64,000 bases of DNA from an uncultured Acidimicrobiales bacterium (lineage in GTDB: Bacteria > Actinomycetota > Acidimicrobiia > Acidimicrobiales > SZUA-35). Numbering within the stretch: the first letter of the stretch is position 1; each line of letters starts with the position of its first letter. The stretch is taken from positions 1,158,357-1,222,356 of the forward strand of contig CAVQVO010000020.1 of NCBI GenBank assembly GCA_963717115.1, in the 5' to 3' direction. Shown here in pieces: positions 9,010 through 17,727 of this stretch. A program made the position numbers and the translations under genes. Under the pieces are notes generated by a model, which made no database searches, was not told where the DNA came from, and saw only the letters and a list, made by a program, of their open reading frames with translations.

Positions 9010-10245
9010 ATGGACCCCACCACCGTCGTCGTCATCGGCGCCGGCCAGGCGGGACTCGCGATGAGCCACCACCTCTCCGGTCGAGGAATCGACCACGTCG
9101 TCCTCGACCGGGGGGAGGTCGCCAACTCCTGGCGGACCGAGCGGTGGGATTCGCTGCGACTGCTCACGCCGAACTGGATGACCCGGCTGCCGGGTCACCG
9201 CTACCGCGGGCCCGACCCCGACGGTTTCATGACCCGCGAGGAGACCGTCTCGTTCCTCGCCGGATACGGCTCGGTCTTCGGTGCGCCGATCCGGACCCAC
9301 GTCACGGTGCGAGAGGTGCGGGCGCGACACCGGGGCTTCGAGGTGCTGACCGACCAGGGTTGCTGGTCGTGCGACGCCGTGGTGGCAGCGACGGGAGCTT
9401 CGAGCGAGCCACACCTTCCGGCCGCCGCCGCTGACCTTCCGACTCGCATCGTGCAGTTGACGGCGCTGACCTATCGCAACCCCGACCAGCTCGGGAGCGG
9501 CGACGTCCTCGTTGTCGGTGCGTCGGCTTCGGGTGCACAGATCGCCGACGAACTGCAGCGCAGTGGGCGACCGGTCACCCTGGCCGTCGGCGAACACATC
9601 CGTCTGCCCCGCCACTATCGAGGTCGCGACATCCACTGGTGGATGGACGCGATCGGCCAGCTCGACGAGCGATACGACGAGGTCGAAGACCTCGATCGGG
9701 CCCGGCGACTCCCCTCGCTCCAGCTGGTGGGGAGTCCCGAACACCGCACCCTCGATCTCAACACGCTGACGGCGTCGGGGGTCGAGGTCGTCGGCCGACT
9801 CGCCCGCATCATCGGCGACACCGCCCAGTTCTCCGGAGGATTGCCCAACCTCGTCGCCAACGCCGACCTGAAGCAGAATCGACTGCTCGAGCGCATCGAC
9901 GACCACGCCACCGATCACGGCCTCGACGCCGACCTGCCCCGACCCGAGCGACCGCGACCGACCGTGCTCGGCACCGTGCCGACCGAGATCGATCTGCGTC
10001 GGTTCGAGACCGTCGTCTGGGCCACGGGCTACCGGCCGGGCTACGCCTACCTGGATCCGGCGGCCTTCGACCGGCGTGGGCGCGTCGTGCACGACGGTGG
10101 CATCTGCGCCCTCCCCGGCCTGTACCTGGTCGGTCTCCCCTTCCTCCGCCGCCGCAAGTCGAGCTTCATCGACGGCGTGGGGCCCGACGTCGCCGAGCTC
10201 ATGGATCACCTGTGCGCCCACCTCGTGCGGCGGATTCGGGCCTGA
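9010..10245 (+). CDS. FAD/NAD(P)-binding oxidoreductase (flavin monooxygenase-like)
   Basis: In ORF 8545..10245, from MDPTTVVVIGAGQAGLA. There is a second dinucleotide fold, VLVVGASASGAQIA. Confidence 0.8.
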   Translation: MDPTTVVVIGAGQAGLAMSHHLSGRGIDHVVLDRGEVANSWRTERWDSLRLLTPNWMTRLPGHRYRGPDPDGFMTREETVSFLAGYGSVFGAPIRTHVTVREVRARHRGFEVLTDQGCWSCDAVVAATGASSEPHLPAAAADLPTRIVQLTALTYRNPDQLGSGDVLVVGASASGAQIADELQRSGRPVTLAVGEHIRLPRHYRGRDIHWWMDAIGQLDERYDEVEDLDRARRLPSLQLVGSPEHRTLDLNTLTASGVEVVGRLARIIGDTAQFSGGLPNLVANADLKQNRLLERIDDHATDHGLDADLPRPERPRPTVLGTVPTEIDLRRFETVVWATGYRPGYAYLDPAAFDRRGRVVHDGGICALPGLYLVGLPFLRRRKSSFIDGVGPDVAELMDHLCAHLVRRIRA

Positions 10246-10253
10246 CGCCGGAG

Positions 10254-12824
10254 TCAGTCGAGATGGGGTCGGCCGAGCAGGGCATTGCGGGTCCGGCCGA
10301 CGATGGTCCCCACCGGCATGGCGGCCCCGACGGCACGCTGCTCGGCCATGCGCTCCGATCCCAGTCGTTGGAACAGCGAGTCGCGGGTCTCGAAGGCCAG
10401 ATCCCGAAGGGTCGTCATCACCGGGGGCCCTCCCATCGTGGTGTGGGCCTCGATGGCGCCGAGGACCTGGGCGGCGAGTTCGTCCTGCCCGATCCGGTCG
10501 AGTCCGACCACACACCGGGAGAGCGTGTGCCATTGCTGCGCCCATTCCCCGGCGCGAAACCAGGTGTCGACCATCTGCGCCAGACCTTCGCATCCTTCCA
10601 CCACGCGACCCTGGTGGACGAGCAGGCCGCTGGCCTCGGTCCGGGCGAACGCGCTCATCCAGCGATTCCCCGCCGACCGGGCCAACCAGTCGGCGGTGGC
10701 GAAGGCTTCGAGCGCCGCTGCGTCGTCCTTCTCGGTGGCGAATCCCTCGGCCACCGAGGCCGAAGCCAGGTCGGTCGGGCTCCCCGTCCGTCGCCCGGCC
10801 TCCCGGGATCGGGCGATCAGTTCCCGGGCCTCGTCGGAGCGTCCGAGCGAACTCGAGGCGACCGACGCCATGTAGAAGGCGTGGGCTCGACGGGAGTGGT
10901 CTCGGGAGTCCTCGGCCAACTCGATCAGGCGGGCCCCCTCGACGAGACCCGCTTCGATCTGTCCGGTCGCGTACAGCACGTTCGCCAACACCCGTTCGAC
11001 GAGCCCGGACGGTGTGATGCCCGACTCGCACTCGGCCTGCCTGGCCGTCTCGGCGAGGGACAGGGCTCCCCCGAAGTCACCGCGGACCCATGCCCCATAG
11101 GCGCGAACGCCGGTGACGACCGACCAGAGCCGATGGCCGTCGCCGCCCTCGAGCGCGCCCGCCGAGTCGGCCCACGCGAAGACCTCGTAGCGCAGGGTGC
11201 GCATGGCGTACTCCCGGAGCGAACCGATCAGACCGAAGGCGGTGTCGAAGTCGTCGATCTCGAGGGCGAACCGCTGCGCCGAACGCAGATCGGCGAAGGC
11301 GGCATCGGCGCGGAGCACCGACTGGTGTTCGGTCGACGATCGCAGCCCGCACTCCACCGATGCCGCGACGGCCGCATGATGCTGCGCATGACTCTCGAAG
11401 AGCTCCACGCTCGCCTGGTCGCCGAGGCGTCCCCGGCCGTACTCGCGCAGCGTTTCGAGCATCTCGTACTGGATGCCACCGTGTGATGGCCGCCGGACGG
11501 CGACCATCGACCGCCGGGTGAGGCGGGTCAGCAGGTCGAGGACGTCGTCACCGCGGCAGACCGACTCCGCCGCCTCGAGATCGAAGGGACCGGCGAAGAC
11601 CGCCAGCGATGCGAACAGCGCCCGCTCGTCGTCGTCGAGGAGATCGTAGGACCAGCTGATCGCGTCGTGCAGGGTTCGGTGGCGAGGGTCGGCTCCCCGT
11701 CGGACGCCTTTGAGGAGCCGGAACCGCTCGTCCAGGCGTCGGGCGACCTCGGCGACGTCGATCGCACTGGTCCGTGAGGCGGCGAGCTCGATGGCGAGCG
11801 GGATCCCGTCGAGGCGGCGGCAGATCTCGAGGACGGCGGGCGTGGAAGCGCCGTCGAGCTCGAATCGGGGGTCGGCGGCCCGGGCCCGCTCGACGAACAG
11901 GGACACCGCCGGGATCGTGGCGATCTCGGCCGGCGTCGTGACGCCCCGCTCGGAGCGGTCGTTGCCGGCCGTCCGCAACGGTTCCACGGGCCACACGTGT
12001 TCGCCGGCCAGCGCAAGCGGTTCGCGGCTCGTCGCCACGATCGAGACGTGGGGAGCCGCCTGGAGGATCCGCTCGACGAGCATCGCCACCGGCTCGACGA
12101 GGTGTTCGCAGTTGTCGAGGACGAGCAACACCTGACGCGGCCGCAACATGTCGACGATGGCGTCCTCGATCGAGTCCCGCTGACTGGTGTTCACGTCGAG
12201 CGCCGTTGCGAAGGCACCGAATGTGGCGTCTCGATCGACCACGGTGACCAGTTCGACGACGAACACCCCGTCGGCGAAGTTGCGCTCGATCCTGCGGGCG
12301 AGCTCGAAGCCAACGGCAGTCTTGCCGACCCCACTGGTCCCCACCAGGGTGAGCAGCCGGGTCGAAGCCTGATGCCCGACGAGTTCGGCGAGGAGGTCGT
12401 CGCGTCCGATGAGCCGCTGCACGGCCACCGGCAACGACGACCCGCTCGTGGGGACGGCGACGTCGGACCGGCGTTGGGCCCGGGTCCTCGGCCGAGGCGA
12501 ACGAGCCCGATCCTCGACGACTCGAACCTCGGCGATGAACTCGTAGCCCTTGCCATGGACGGTCCGCACGACTCGCTGGTTGGTGCCGTCGTCGCCGACG
12601 GCCTGGCGAACCGACTTGATCCTCGTCGTCAGCGCCGATTCGCTGACGAATCGGTCGCCCCACACCTCGTCGAGGAGTTCCTCCTTGCGCACCATGGCGC
12701 CCCGACGCTCGATGAGGACGCTCAGCAGATCGAAGACCTGGGGCTCGAGCGCCACGTCGATTCCGGCACGGCGAAACACGATCCGACCGAGATCAAGCTC
12801 GCAATCGTCGAATCGCAGGATCAT
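10254..12824 (-). CDS. OmpR/PhoB-type winged-helix + STAND/NB-ARC ATPase + TPR-like transcriptional regulator
   Basis: ORF 10254..13019, trimmed to MILRFDDCELDL. It has the wHTH motif VRTVHGKGYEF, the Walker A motif GTSGVGKT, and a long helical-repeat C-terminus. Confidence 0.8.
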   Translation of the reverse strand: MILRFDDCELDLGRIVFRRAGIDVALEPQVFDLLSVLIERRGAMVRKEELLDEVWGDRFVSESALTTRIKSVRQAVGDDGTNQRVVRTVHGKGYEFIAEVRVVEDRARSPRPRTRAQRRSDVAVPTSGSSLPVAVQRLIGRDDLLAELVGHQASTRLLTLVGTSGVGKTAVGFELARRIERNFADGVFVVELVTVVDRDATFGAFATALDVNTSQRDSIEDAIVDMLRPRQVLLVLDNCEHLVEPVAMLVERILQAAPHVSIVATSREPLALAGEHVWPVEPLRTAGNDRSERGVTTPAEIATIPAVSLFVERARAADPRFELDGASTPAVLEICRRLDGIPLAIELAASRTSAIDVAEVARRLDERFRLLKGVRRGADPRHRTLHDAISWSYDLLDDDERALFASLAVFAGPFDLEAAESVCRGDDVLDLLTRLTRRSMVAVRRPSHGGIQYEMLETLREYGRGRLGDQASVELFESHAQHHAAVAASVECGLRSSTEHQSVLRADAAFADLRSAQRFALEIDDFDTAFGLIGSLREYAMRTLRYEVFAWADSAGALEGGDGHRLWSVVTGVRAYGAWVRGDFGGALSLAETARQAECESGITPSGLVERVLANVLYATGQIEAGLVEGARLIELAEDSRDHSRRAHAFYMASVASSSLGRSDEARELIARSREAGRRTGSPTDLASASVAEGFATEKDDAAALEAFATADWLARSAGNRWMSAFARTEASGLLVHQGRVVEGCEGLAQMVDTWFRAGEWAQQWHTLSRCVVGLDRIGQDELAAQVLGAIEAHTTMGGPPVMTTLRDLAFETRDSLFQRLGSERMAEQRAVGAAMPVGTIVGRTRNALLGRPHLD

Positions 12825-13077
12825 CGACAGCCCCCTCGGCTTTTTCGAGGCCGGGTCGGCCGACCGCCGACACCGCATCGGATCGCCTCCGGACCTGCAG
12901 GAAACACCGTCGGAGGTGCGGACCGATGCTCCTCCACCGTAGTTCGGCAACGTCGACGCCACCGGAGTCCGATGGAATCGGCGCTCCCACTCGGCCCCGA
13001 TCTTCCCGTCCGTCGGCACCAGCGATCCGCTCGTGTCATGGTGGCCGGAACGCCGATGCCCGAGACGAGGTCAGAAC

Positions 13078-13458
13078 ATGAAGGTGTGGTTCGACGGAAC
13101 GCAGACGATCGATTGCACGATCGACGACGTGAAGGAGTCGCTCGGCGACCTCGGTCGACACCATGTCGGCGTGGTGGGTCGCTTGCCGGGGCCTGTGAAC
13201 CGGGGCAGCGCCCGACAGGTCGAGACCGAGCGTGCGTGGTCGAGTTCGACGAGACCTACGAGGCCGGTTCCGGGTCACGGCCAACTCACCATCTTCACGA
13301 GTTCACCGAGCGACGGCGGGGTCACCCATCGACTCGTGATGAGCGACGTCGAGGCAAACGGGCTCCTCGGTTTCTTCTATCGGCGATTCGGCTCGGCCAA
13401 GATGGGCAAGGCCTTTCTGGCGGCCTCCGCCGGTCATCTCGCGAACCGACCGGCCTGA
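13078..13458 (+). CDS. hypothetical protein, possibly SRPBCC/CoxG-like
   Basis: ATG 13078 follows GAGG. The N- and C-terminal thirds look protein-like. The middle third looks more protein-like in another frame, so the integrity of the gene is uncertain. Confidence 0.35.
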   Translation: MKVWFDGTQTIDCTIDDVKESLGDLGRHHVGVVGRLPGPVNRGSARQVETERAWSSSTRPTRPVPGHGQLTIFTSSPSDGGVTHRLVMSDVEANGLLGFFYRRFGSAKMGKAFLAASAGHLANRPA

Positions 13459-13482
13459 TTCGATCGTGCGGTGGCGGGGCGG

Positions 13483-13755
13483 TCAGGTCCGCTCCATCGG
13501 TGGGCCGATGATGTCGCAATCGAACTGGGCCGCGTGGGCGACCAGCCCCGGAACGTCGACCGGCGTCTGAGCGGGAAGGAAGGAGTCGGTCGTCACGGGT
13601 CGGCTGCCCTCGACGTGGAAGTTCTCGAAGCCTGCCGGCGTGATCATCTCCAGGTAGCGGGCCGTTTCGCTGTCGACCCGGAAGGTGTGCGGAACCTCCT
13701 TCGGCAACCAGGCCACCTGGCCTGGACCTCGATCGCGAAACGCAGCGACGTCGAC
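13483..13755 (-). pseudogene. C-terminal remnant of a cupin-domain gene (paralogue of 19067..19546)
   Basis: The last 90 codons of ORF 13483..14502 (WLPKEVPHTF...ITPAGFENFHVEG...IIGPPME) align with residues ~70-159 of the intact cupin at 19067. The N-terminal metal-binding half is missing. Confidence 0.55.
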
Positions 13756-13772
13756 GCAGCGGGGCCACGAGC

Positions 13773-13994
13773 GTGGTCGCCTCGGTGACCGAGGTGGCGA
13801 CCCTCGCGCCCGGCCTCGATCCGGATCGTGCCGTCGACCTCGTGTGGCTCCTGAACAGCCCGGCGGTGCATCAACAGCTGGTTCGACGCTCCGGGTGGTC
13901 GAACGACGACTACGCCGACTGGCTGGGCGGCGCGCTCGTGCGAGAACTCCTCGGACCGCAGGCGACGCAACCGGCTCCGGTCGTCGACCCTTGA
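13773..13994 (+). pseudogene. C-terminal remnant of a TetR-family regulator
   Basis: The 73-aa ORF ...DPDRAVDLVWLLNSPAVHQQLVRRSGWSNDDYADWLGGALVREL resembles a TetR ligand-domain C-terminus. No HTH region lies upstream. Confidence 0.45.
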
Positions 13995-14025
13995 CCGTCC
14001 GGGCCATCAGGGGGACCATCGACCC

Positions 14026-14496
14026 ATGACCGTTTCCCCGATCCCCGACCGACTCGCCTCGGTGACTGCCTCGCTGGTGGTCTCGCCGTGCGCCGAGGCC
14101 ATCGACTTCTACGTCGAGGCGTTGGGTGCCATCGAGGTCGGACCGCGGATGACCGGTCCCGATGGCCGGATCGGTCACGCCGAACTCGAGATCGCCGGCA
14201 GCGTCATCATGGTGGCCGACGAATGGCCCGGCGGTCCCACCCAGTCCCCGAGCTCCCTGGGTGGGTCGACTTCGGCGTTGTTCATCTACACCGAGGACGC
14301 GCCCGAGCTCTGGCAGCGAGCCGTCGATGCGGGCGCCGAGGTCGTCTTCCCGTTCGAGATGCAGTTCTACGGCGACGAGGGGGGACGAGTCCGAGACCCG
14401 TTCGGACACACGTGGGGCATCGGCCGCCACGTCGAAGACGTCGACCCCGACGAGATGGCGCGGCGGATGGCGTCGTTCTACACCGACACCGACTGA
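14026..14496 (+). CDS. VOC/glyoxalase family protein (PhnB-like)
   Basis: 156 aa with the typical VOC pattern: HAELEIAGSVIMVADE ... FYGDEGGRVRDPFGHTW. Confidence 0.85.
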   Translation: MTVSPIPDRLASVTASLVVSPCAEAIDFYVEALGAIEVGPRMTGPDGRIGHAELEIAGSVIMVADEWPGGPTQSPSSLGGSTSALFIYTEDAPELWQRAVDAGAEVVFPFEMQFYGDEGGRVRDPFGHTWGIGRHVEDVDPDEMARRMASFYTDTD

Positions 14497-14563
14497 TCTC
14501 ATGGTCGAGCCCGCTCCTCCGCTCGGTCGGAGCGATCGGGGTTGCGGCTCCTACGATGGTCCC

Positions 14564-15031
14564 ATGGCTTCCATCCAGTTCGACGTCCGCCACGAGTTCG
14601 AGTCCCCGGCGAAGGACGTGTGGGACGAGCTCGTCGACTGGGCCGGTCACGCCGCCTGGATCCCGGCGACCCGGGTCGATGTCCACACCGACGACCCGAC
14701 GGCGGTCGGAGCGACGTTCACCGCGTACACGGGGTTCGGCCGGCTGGCACTCGAGGACCGGATGAAGGTCACCCGGTGCGACTGGTCGGCGGACTCCTCG
14801 TCGGGCGACTGCGAGGTCGAGAAGCTCGGGCCGGTCCTGAAGGGCCGCGCCGGGTTCACCGTCGAACCCGACGGCGACGGATCGGTCCTGCACTGGTTCG
14901 AGGACGTGACGGTCCCCTGGGTTCCCCAGTTCGCCGCCCCGGTCGTCGGCCGCCTCGGTGCGATCGGTTTCAAGACGGGCATGCGCAAGCTCGCCAAACT
15001 GCTCGCTCGCCGCAACCCGGTCGACCACTGA
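14564..15031 (+). CDS. SRPBCC family protein
   Basis: In ORF 14162..15031, from MASIQFDVRHEFESPAKDVWDELVDW. This is a typical polyketide-cyclase/START-like N-terminus. Confidence 0.8.
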   Translation: MASIQFDVRHEFESPAKDVWDELVDWAGHAAWIPATRVDVHTDDPTAVGATFTAYTGFGRLALEDRMKVTRCDWSADSSSGDCEVEKLGPVLKGRAGFTVEPDGDGSVLHWFEDVTVPWVPQFAAPVVGRLGAIGFKTGMRKLAKLLARRNPVDH

Positions 15032-15079
15032 CATCGGGGTTGACGCCGCACGTGCGAGTTCTTGTCGCTCCGACCCGGA

Positions 15080-15592
15080 TCAGCTCGGGATGGGAACACC
15101 CATCACTGGCATGGACTCCGGCTCGAGGCCGAGCACGATCAGCTGTTTCGAGAAGCCGATGAACGTTCCCATGGCGTAGGTCAGCTCGACGATCTCGGCG
15201 TCGGTGAACTCCTGCCTCAGGCGGGTCTCGATCTCGGCGTCGGGCCCGGACCCCCCACTCAGCAGACGATCGGCCCACGCCAGGGCGGTCTTGTAGCGCT
15301 CGGGAAGGTGTCCGTCCTGATGATCGTCGGTGATCCCGTCGACGAGTTCCTCGGTGAGACCGGCCTCACGGGCCTGGTCGAAACGGATCTGTCGTCAGAG
15401 GCCGCAGTCGGTCACCCGGGCGTTGCGCAGACGGATGAGCTCCTTCACGTCGACGTCGAGCACACCCTTGGACCACAGGGTGGCGTACATGGCGTCGAAG
15501 GCCTGGCGAACGGCCGGGCTGTGCGCCATGACGGTGCGGCTCGAGGGGGATCGTCCCTCGATGGCCGACGGCAGGCGAGGCGTGGTCGACAT
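15080..15592 (-). CDS. AhpD/carboxymuconolactone-decarboxylase family protein with one in-frame TGA (candidate Sec codon) at 15395..15397
   Basis: ORF 15395..15592 ends ...RVTDCGL-TGA. My own translation shows the same frame continuing for 104 sense codons (RQIRFDQAREAGLTEELVDGI...GVPIPS) to TGA 15080..15082. The start ATG overlaps the upstream stop (ATGA). Confidence 0.6.
15358..15379 (-). other. SECIS-like hairpin 15 nt downstream of the in-frame UGA
   Basis: The RNA is GACC(A)GGCC-CGUGA-GGCCGGUC: an 8-bp stem with one bulged A and a 5-nt apical loop containing GU. Confidence 0.35.
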
Positions 15593-16062
15593 CAGTCGTC
15601 TCCTTCGGAGCGGCCCGTCAGGAGGGCGTTGTCGAATCGGTGGGTGTTGTCCCAGATTGCGAGGGCGGTGGTGAGCGTGATCACGCCGTCGGGACCGATG
15701 TGGCCGGCGACCTCGGCGACCTGCTGGTCGGTCACCCCGTGGATGTCGATGACGTACTGCTCGGCGAGCCCCAGACAGGCCTTTGCCGCCGCATCGAATC
15801 CGGGGTGGGTCGGCCAGCGGCTCAGGTCGGCAACGAGTGACTCGTCGAGACCGGCGTCCACAGCGGCCGCCGATCGAGGTTCGCTCCAGGCCCGTTCATT
15901 GCCAAGGATGGTGGCGGTCCGCAGTCGGCAGTACTCGAGCAGGCGGGCATCGAGCTCCGATCGCCACACCTCGTCGAGGACCCGATGGTGATCGGCGGCC
16001 AATGCCGGGACGAGCGCCAGCAGATCGTCGCGGGACGATGCGTTCTCGACCAGCCAACTCAT
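15592..16062 (-). CDS. AhpD/carboxymuconolactone-decarboxylase family protein (no CxxC)
   Basis: 156 aa, with ...LLEYCRLRTATILGNE... in the position where the family usually carries CxxC. It sits directly upstream of the TGA-containing paralogue. Confidence 0.8.
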   Translation of the reverse strand: MSWLVENASSRDDLLALVPALAADHHRVLDEVWRSELDARLLEYCRLRTATILGNERAWSEPRSAAAVDAGLDESLVADLSRWPTHPGFDAAAKACLGLAEQYVIDIHGVTDQQVAEVAGHIGPDGVITLTTALAIWDNTHRFDNALLTGRSEGDD

Positions 16063-16171
16063 CGGGTCCCCCTCACCGGCGTGACGCTAGTCCACGCGCC
16101 GCCCCGGCGTGCACGACCGATCGAGTAGGGTCGAATCATCATTGGTCCTCGGGCGAGGATGCGAGGAGCCC

Positions 16172-16579
16172 ATGAACCTGCTGCGAGATTTCCGGCACTA
16201 TCTGTTCACGACGCGAGCGCTGGACCTGGCCATCGGGGTGGTCGTCGGCGTCGCCTTCGGAACCGTGATCAAGTCGTTCGTGGACAACCTGGTGAGTCCG
16301 CTCCTGTCCATCGTGGGAAACGTCGACTTCTCGGACCTGTCGTTCTCGATCCGAGGCGGTGAGTTCCTCTACGGCCGCTTCATCAACGACGTCATCGCCT
16401 TCCTGCTCGTTGCACTCACCGTGTTCCTTGCGGTCGTTCGACCGAAACGGGCCTACGAGGACGGGCTGCTGGCTCACGCCGAGGCGACCGTCGTGTGCGA
16501 GGCCTGTCTGTCGACGATTCCCGCTGCGGCTCGGCGTTGCGCCTTCTGCCGTGAGGACCGCTCGATCGCCCATGACTGA
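16172..16579 (+). CDS. mscL: large-conductance mechanosensitive channel MscL with C-terminal CxxC...CxxC extension
   Basis: MNLLRDFRHYLFTTRALDLAIGVVVGVAFG matches the MscL N-terminus/TM1. GAGGAG precedes the ATG. The C-terminus is VVCEACLSTIPAAARRCAFC. Confidence 0.85.
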   Translation: MNLLRDFRHYLFTTRALDLAIGVVVGVAFGTVIKSFVDNLVSPLLSIVGNVDFSDLSFSIRGGEFLYGRFINDVIAFLLVALTVFLAVVRPKRAYEDGLLAHAEATVVCEACLSTIPAAARRCAFCREDRSIAHD

Positions 16580-16808
16580 TCGACTCCGCACGAATCGGTC
16601 GGACCCGCCAGAGGCCGACGCAGCTCGGCATCGGCTGCCCGAAGGCGCCCGGCCGGCCGAGGTCGCTCGGGTGTCCGAACTCGCCGGCGAGCGCCTCCAC
16701 CTCCCGGCCGACGACGCCACCCGGGGTGCTCCGGGAATCGGTTTCGGGGAGTGACGCGCGGCGATCGGGCCATCGCGGGACTCGGACCGTCTGTGCCATG
16801 ATGCAGCG

Positions 16809-17681
16809 ATGAGTGCTCAGACATCCTCCTTCACGTCGTCGGCCGACGGCACCGAAATCGCCACCTCTGCCTGGACCGACGTCGAGGGCAAACCGCGTGG
16901 CGCCGTCCAGATCGCCCACGGCCTCGCCGAACACGCCGCCCGCTACGAACGGTTCGCCGAAGCGCTCAACGGCGCCGGTTTCCTGGCGTTCGCCACCGAC
17001 CACCGCGGCCACGGCCGCACCGGCGCCGATCACCTCGGCGACTTCGGCCCGGCCGGGTTCGACGGCCTGATCGCCGACGTCGCCGAGTACGGGGCCTCGA
17101 TCGCCGCCGAGCACCCCGGCCTGCCGCTGTTCCTGCTGGGTCACTCCATGGGCTCGTTCGCCTCGCAGGCGGTCATCGTCGACCATGCCGACCGGTACAC
17201 CGGGGTGGTGCTGTCGGGATCGACCGCCCTCGACGTGCTCGCCGCCGGGCTGGCCGAGGCCGAGGGACCCGTCGGCCTCGAGGCCTTCAACGCCGGCTTC
17301 GAACATCGCACCGGCTACGAGTGGCTTTCACGCGACGAAGCCGAGGTCGATGCGTACGTCGCCGATCCGTGGTGCGGCTTCGACCTGCCCGACGAGGCGG
17401 TCCCGTCGCTGTTCGCACCGGCCGCTCGCCTCGCCGATCCGGCCGTGCTCGCCGGCATCCGCAGCGACCTGCCGATCCTCATCGCCTCCGGGAGCGACGA
17501 TCCGCTCGCCGGCGGGGGCCAGCTCGTCGAGCTGCTCGGGCAGCGCTACCGCGAGGCCGGGGTCACCGACGTGACCGTGACGGTGTACCCGGGGGCCCGC
17601 CACGAGATCCTCAACGAGACCAACCGCGATGAGGTCACCACCGACCTCATCACCTGGCTGTCCGGTCACACCGCGGGCTGA
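16809..17681 (+). CDS. alpha/beta hydrolase (lysophospholipase/monoglyceride lipase-like)
   Basis: 290 aa with the nucleophile elbow GHSMGS and an HG oxyanion region. Confidence 0.85.
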   Translation: MSAQTSSFTSSADGTEIATSAWTDVEGKPRGAVQIAHGLAEHAARYERFAEALNGAGFLAFATDHRGHGRTGADHLGDFGPAGFDGLIADVAEYGASIAAEHPGLPLFLLGHSMGSFASQAVIVDHADRYTGVVLSGSTALDVLAAGLAEAEGPVGLEAFNAGFEHRTGYEWLSRDEAEVDAYVADPWCGFDLPDEAVPSLFAPAARLADPAVLAGIRSDLPILIASGSDDPLAGGGQLVELLGQRYREAGVTDVTVTVYPGARHEILNETNRDEVTTDLITWLSGHTAG

Positions 17682-17727
17682 TTCGACACCCCGTCACGGT
17701 CCACGCCCCCGGGTCGAGCCGGTCGGA

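Noticed and set aside
13078-13458. I considered a compensated double frameshift in the small SRPBCC-like ORF. The middle segment reads CVVEFDETYEAGSGS in another frame.
   Set aside because: The given frame is open end to end. The alternative needs a deletion plus an insertion, or three insertions. I cannot anchor it to a recognisable family motif, so I left it as a low-confidence intact ORF.
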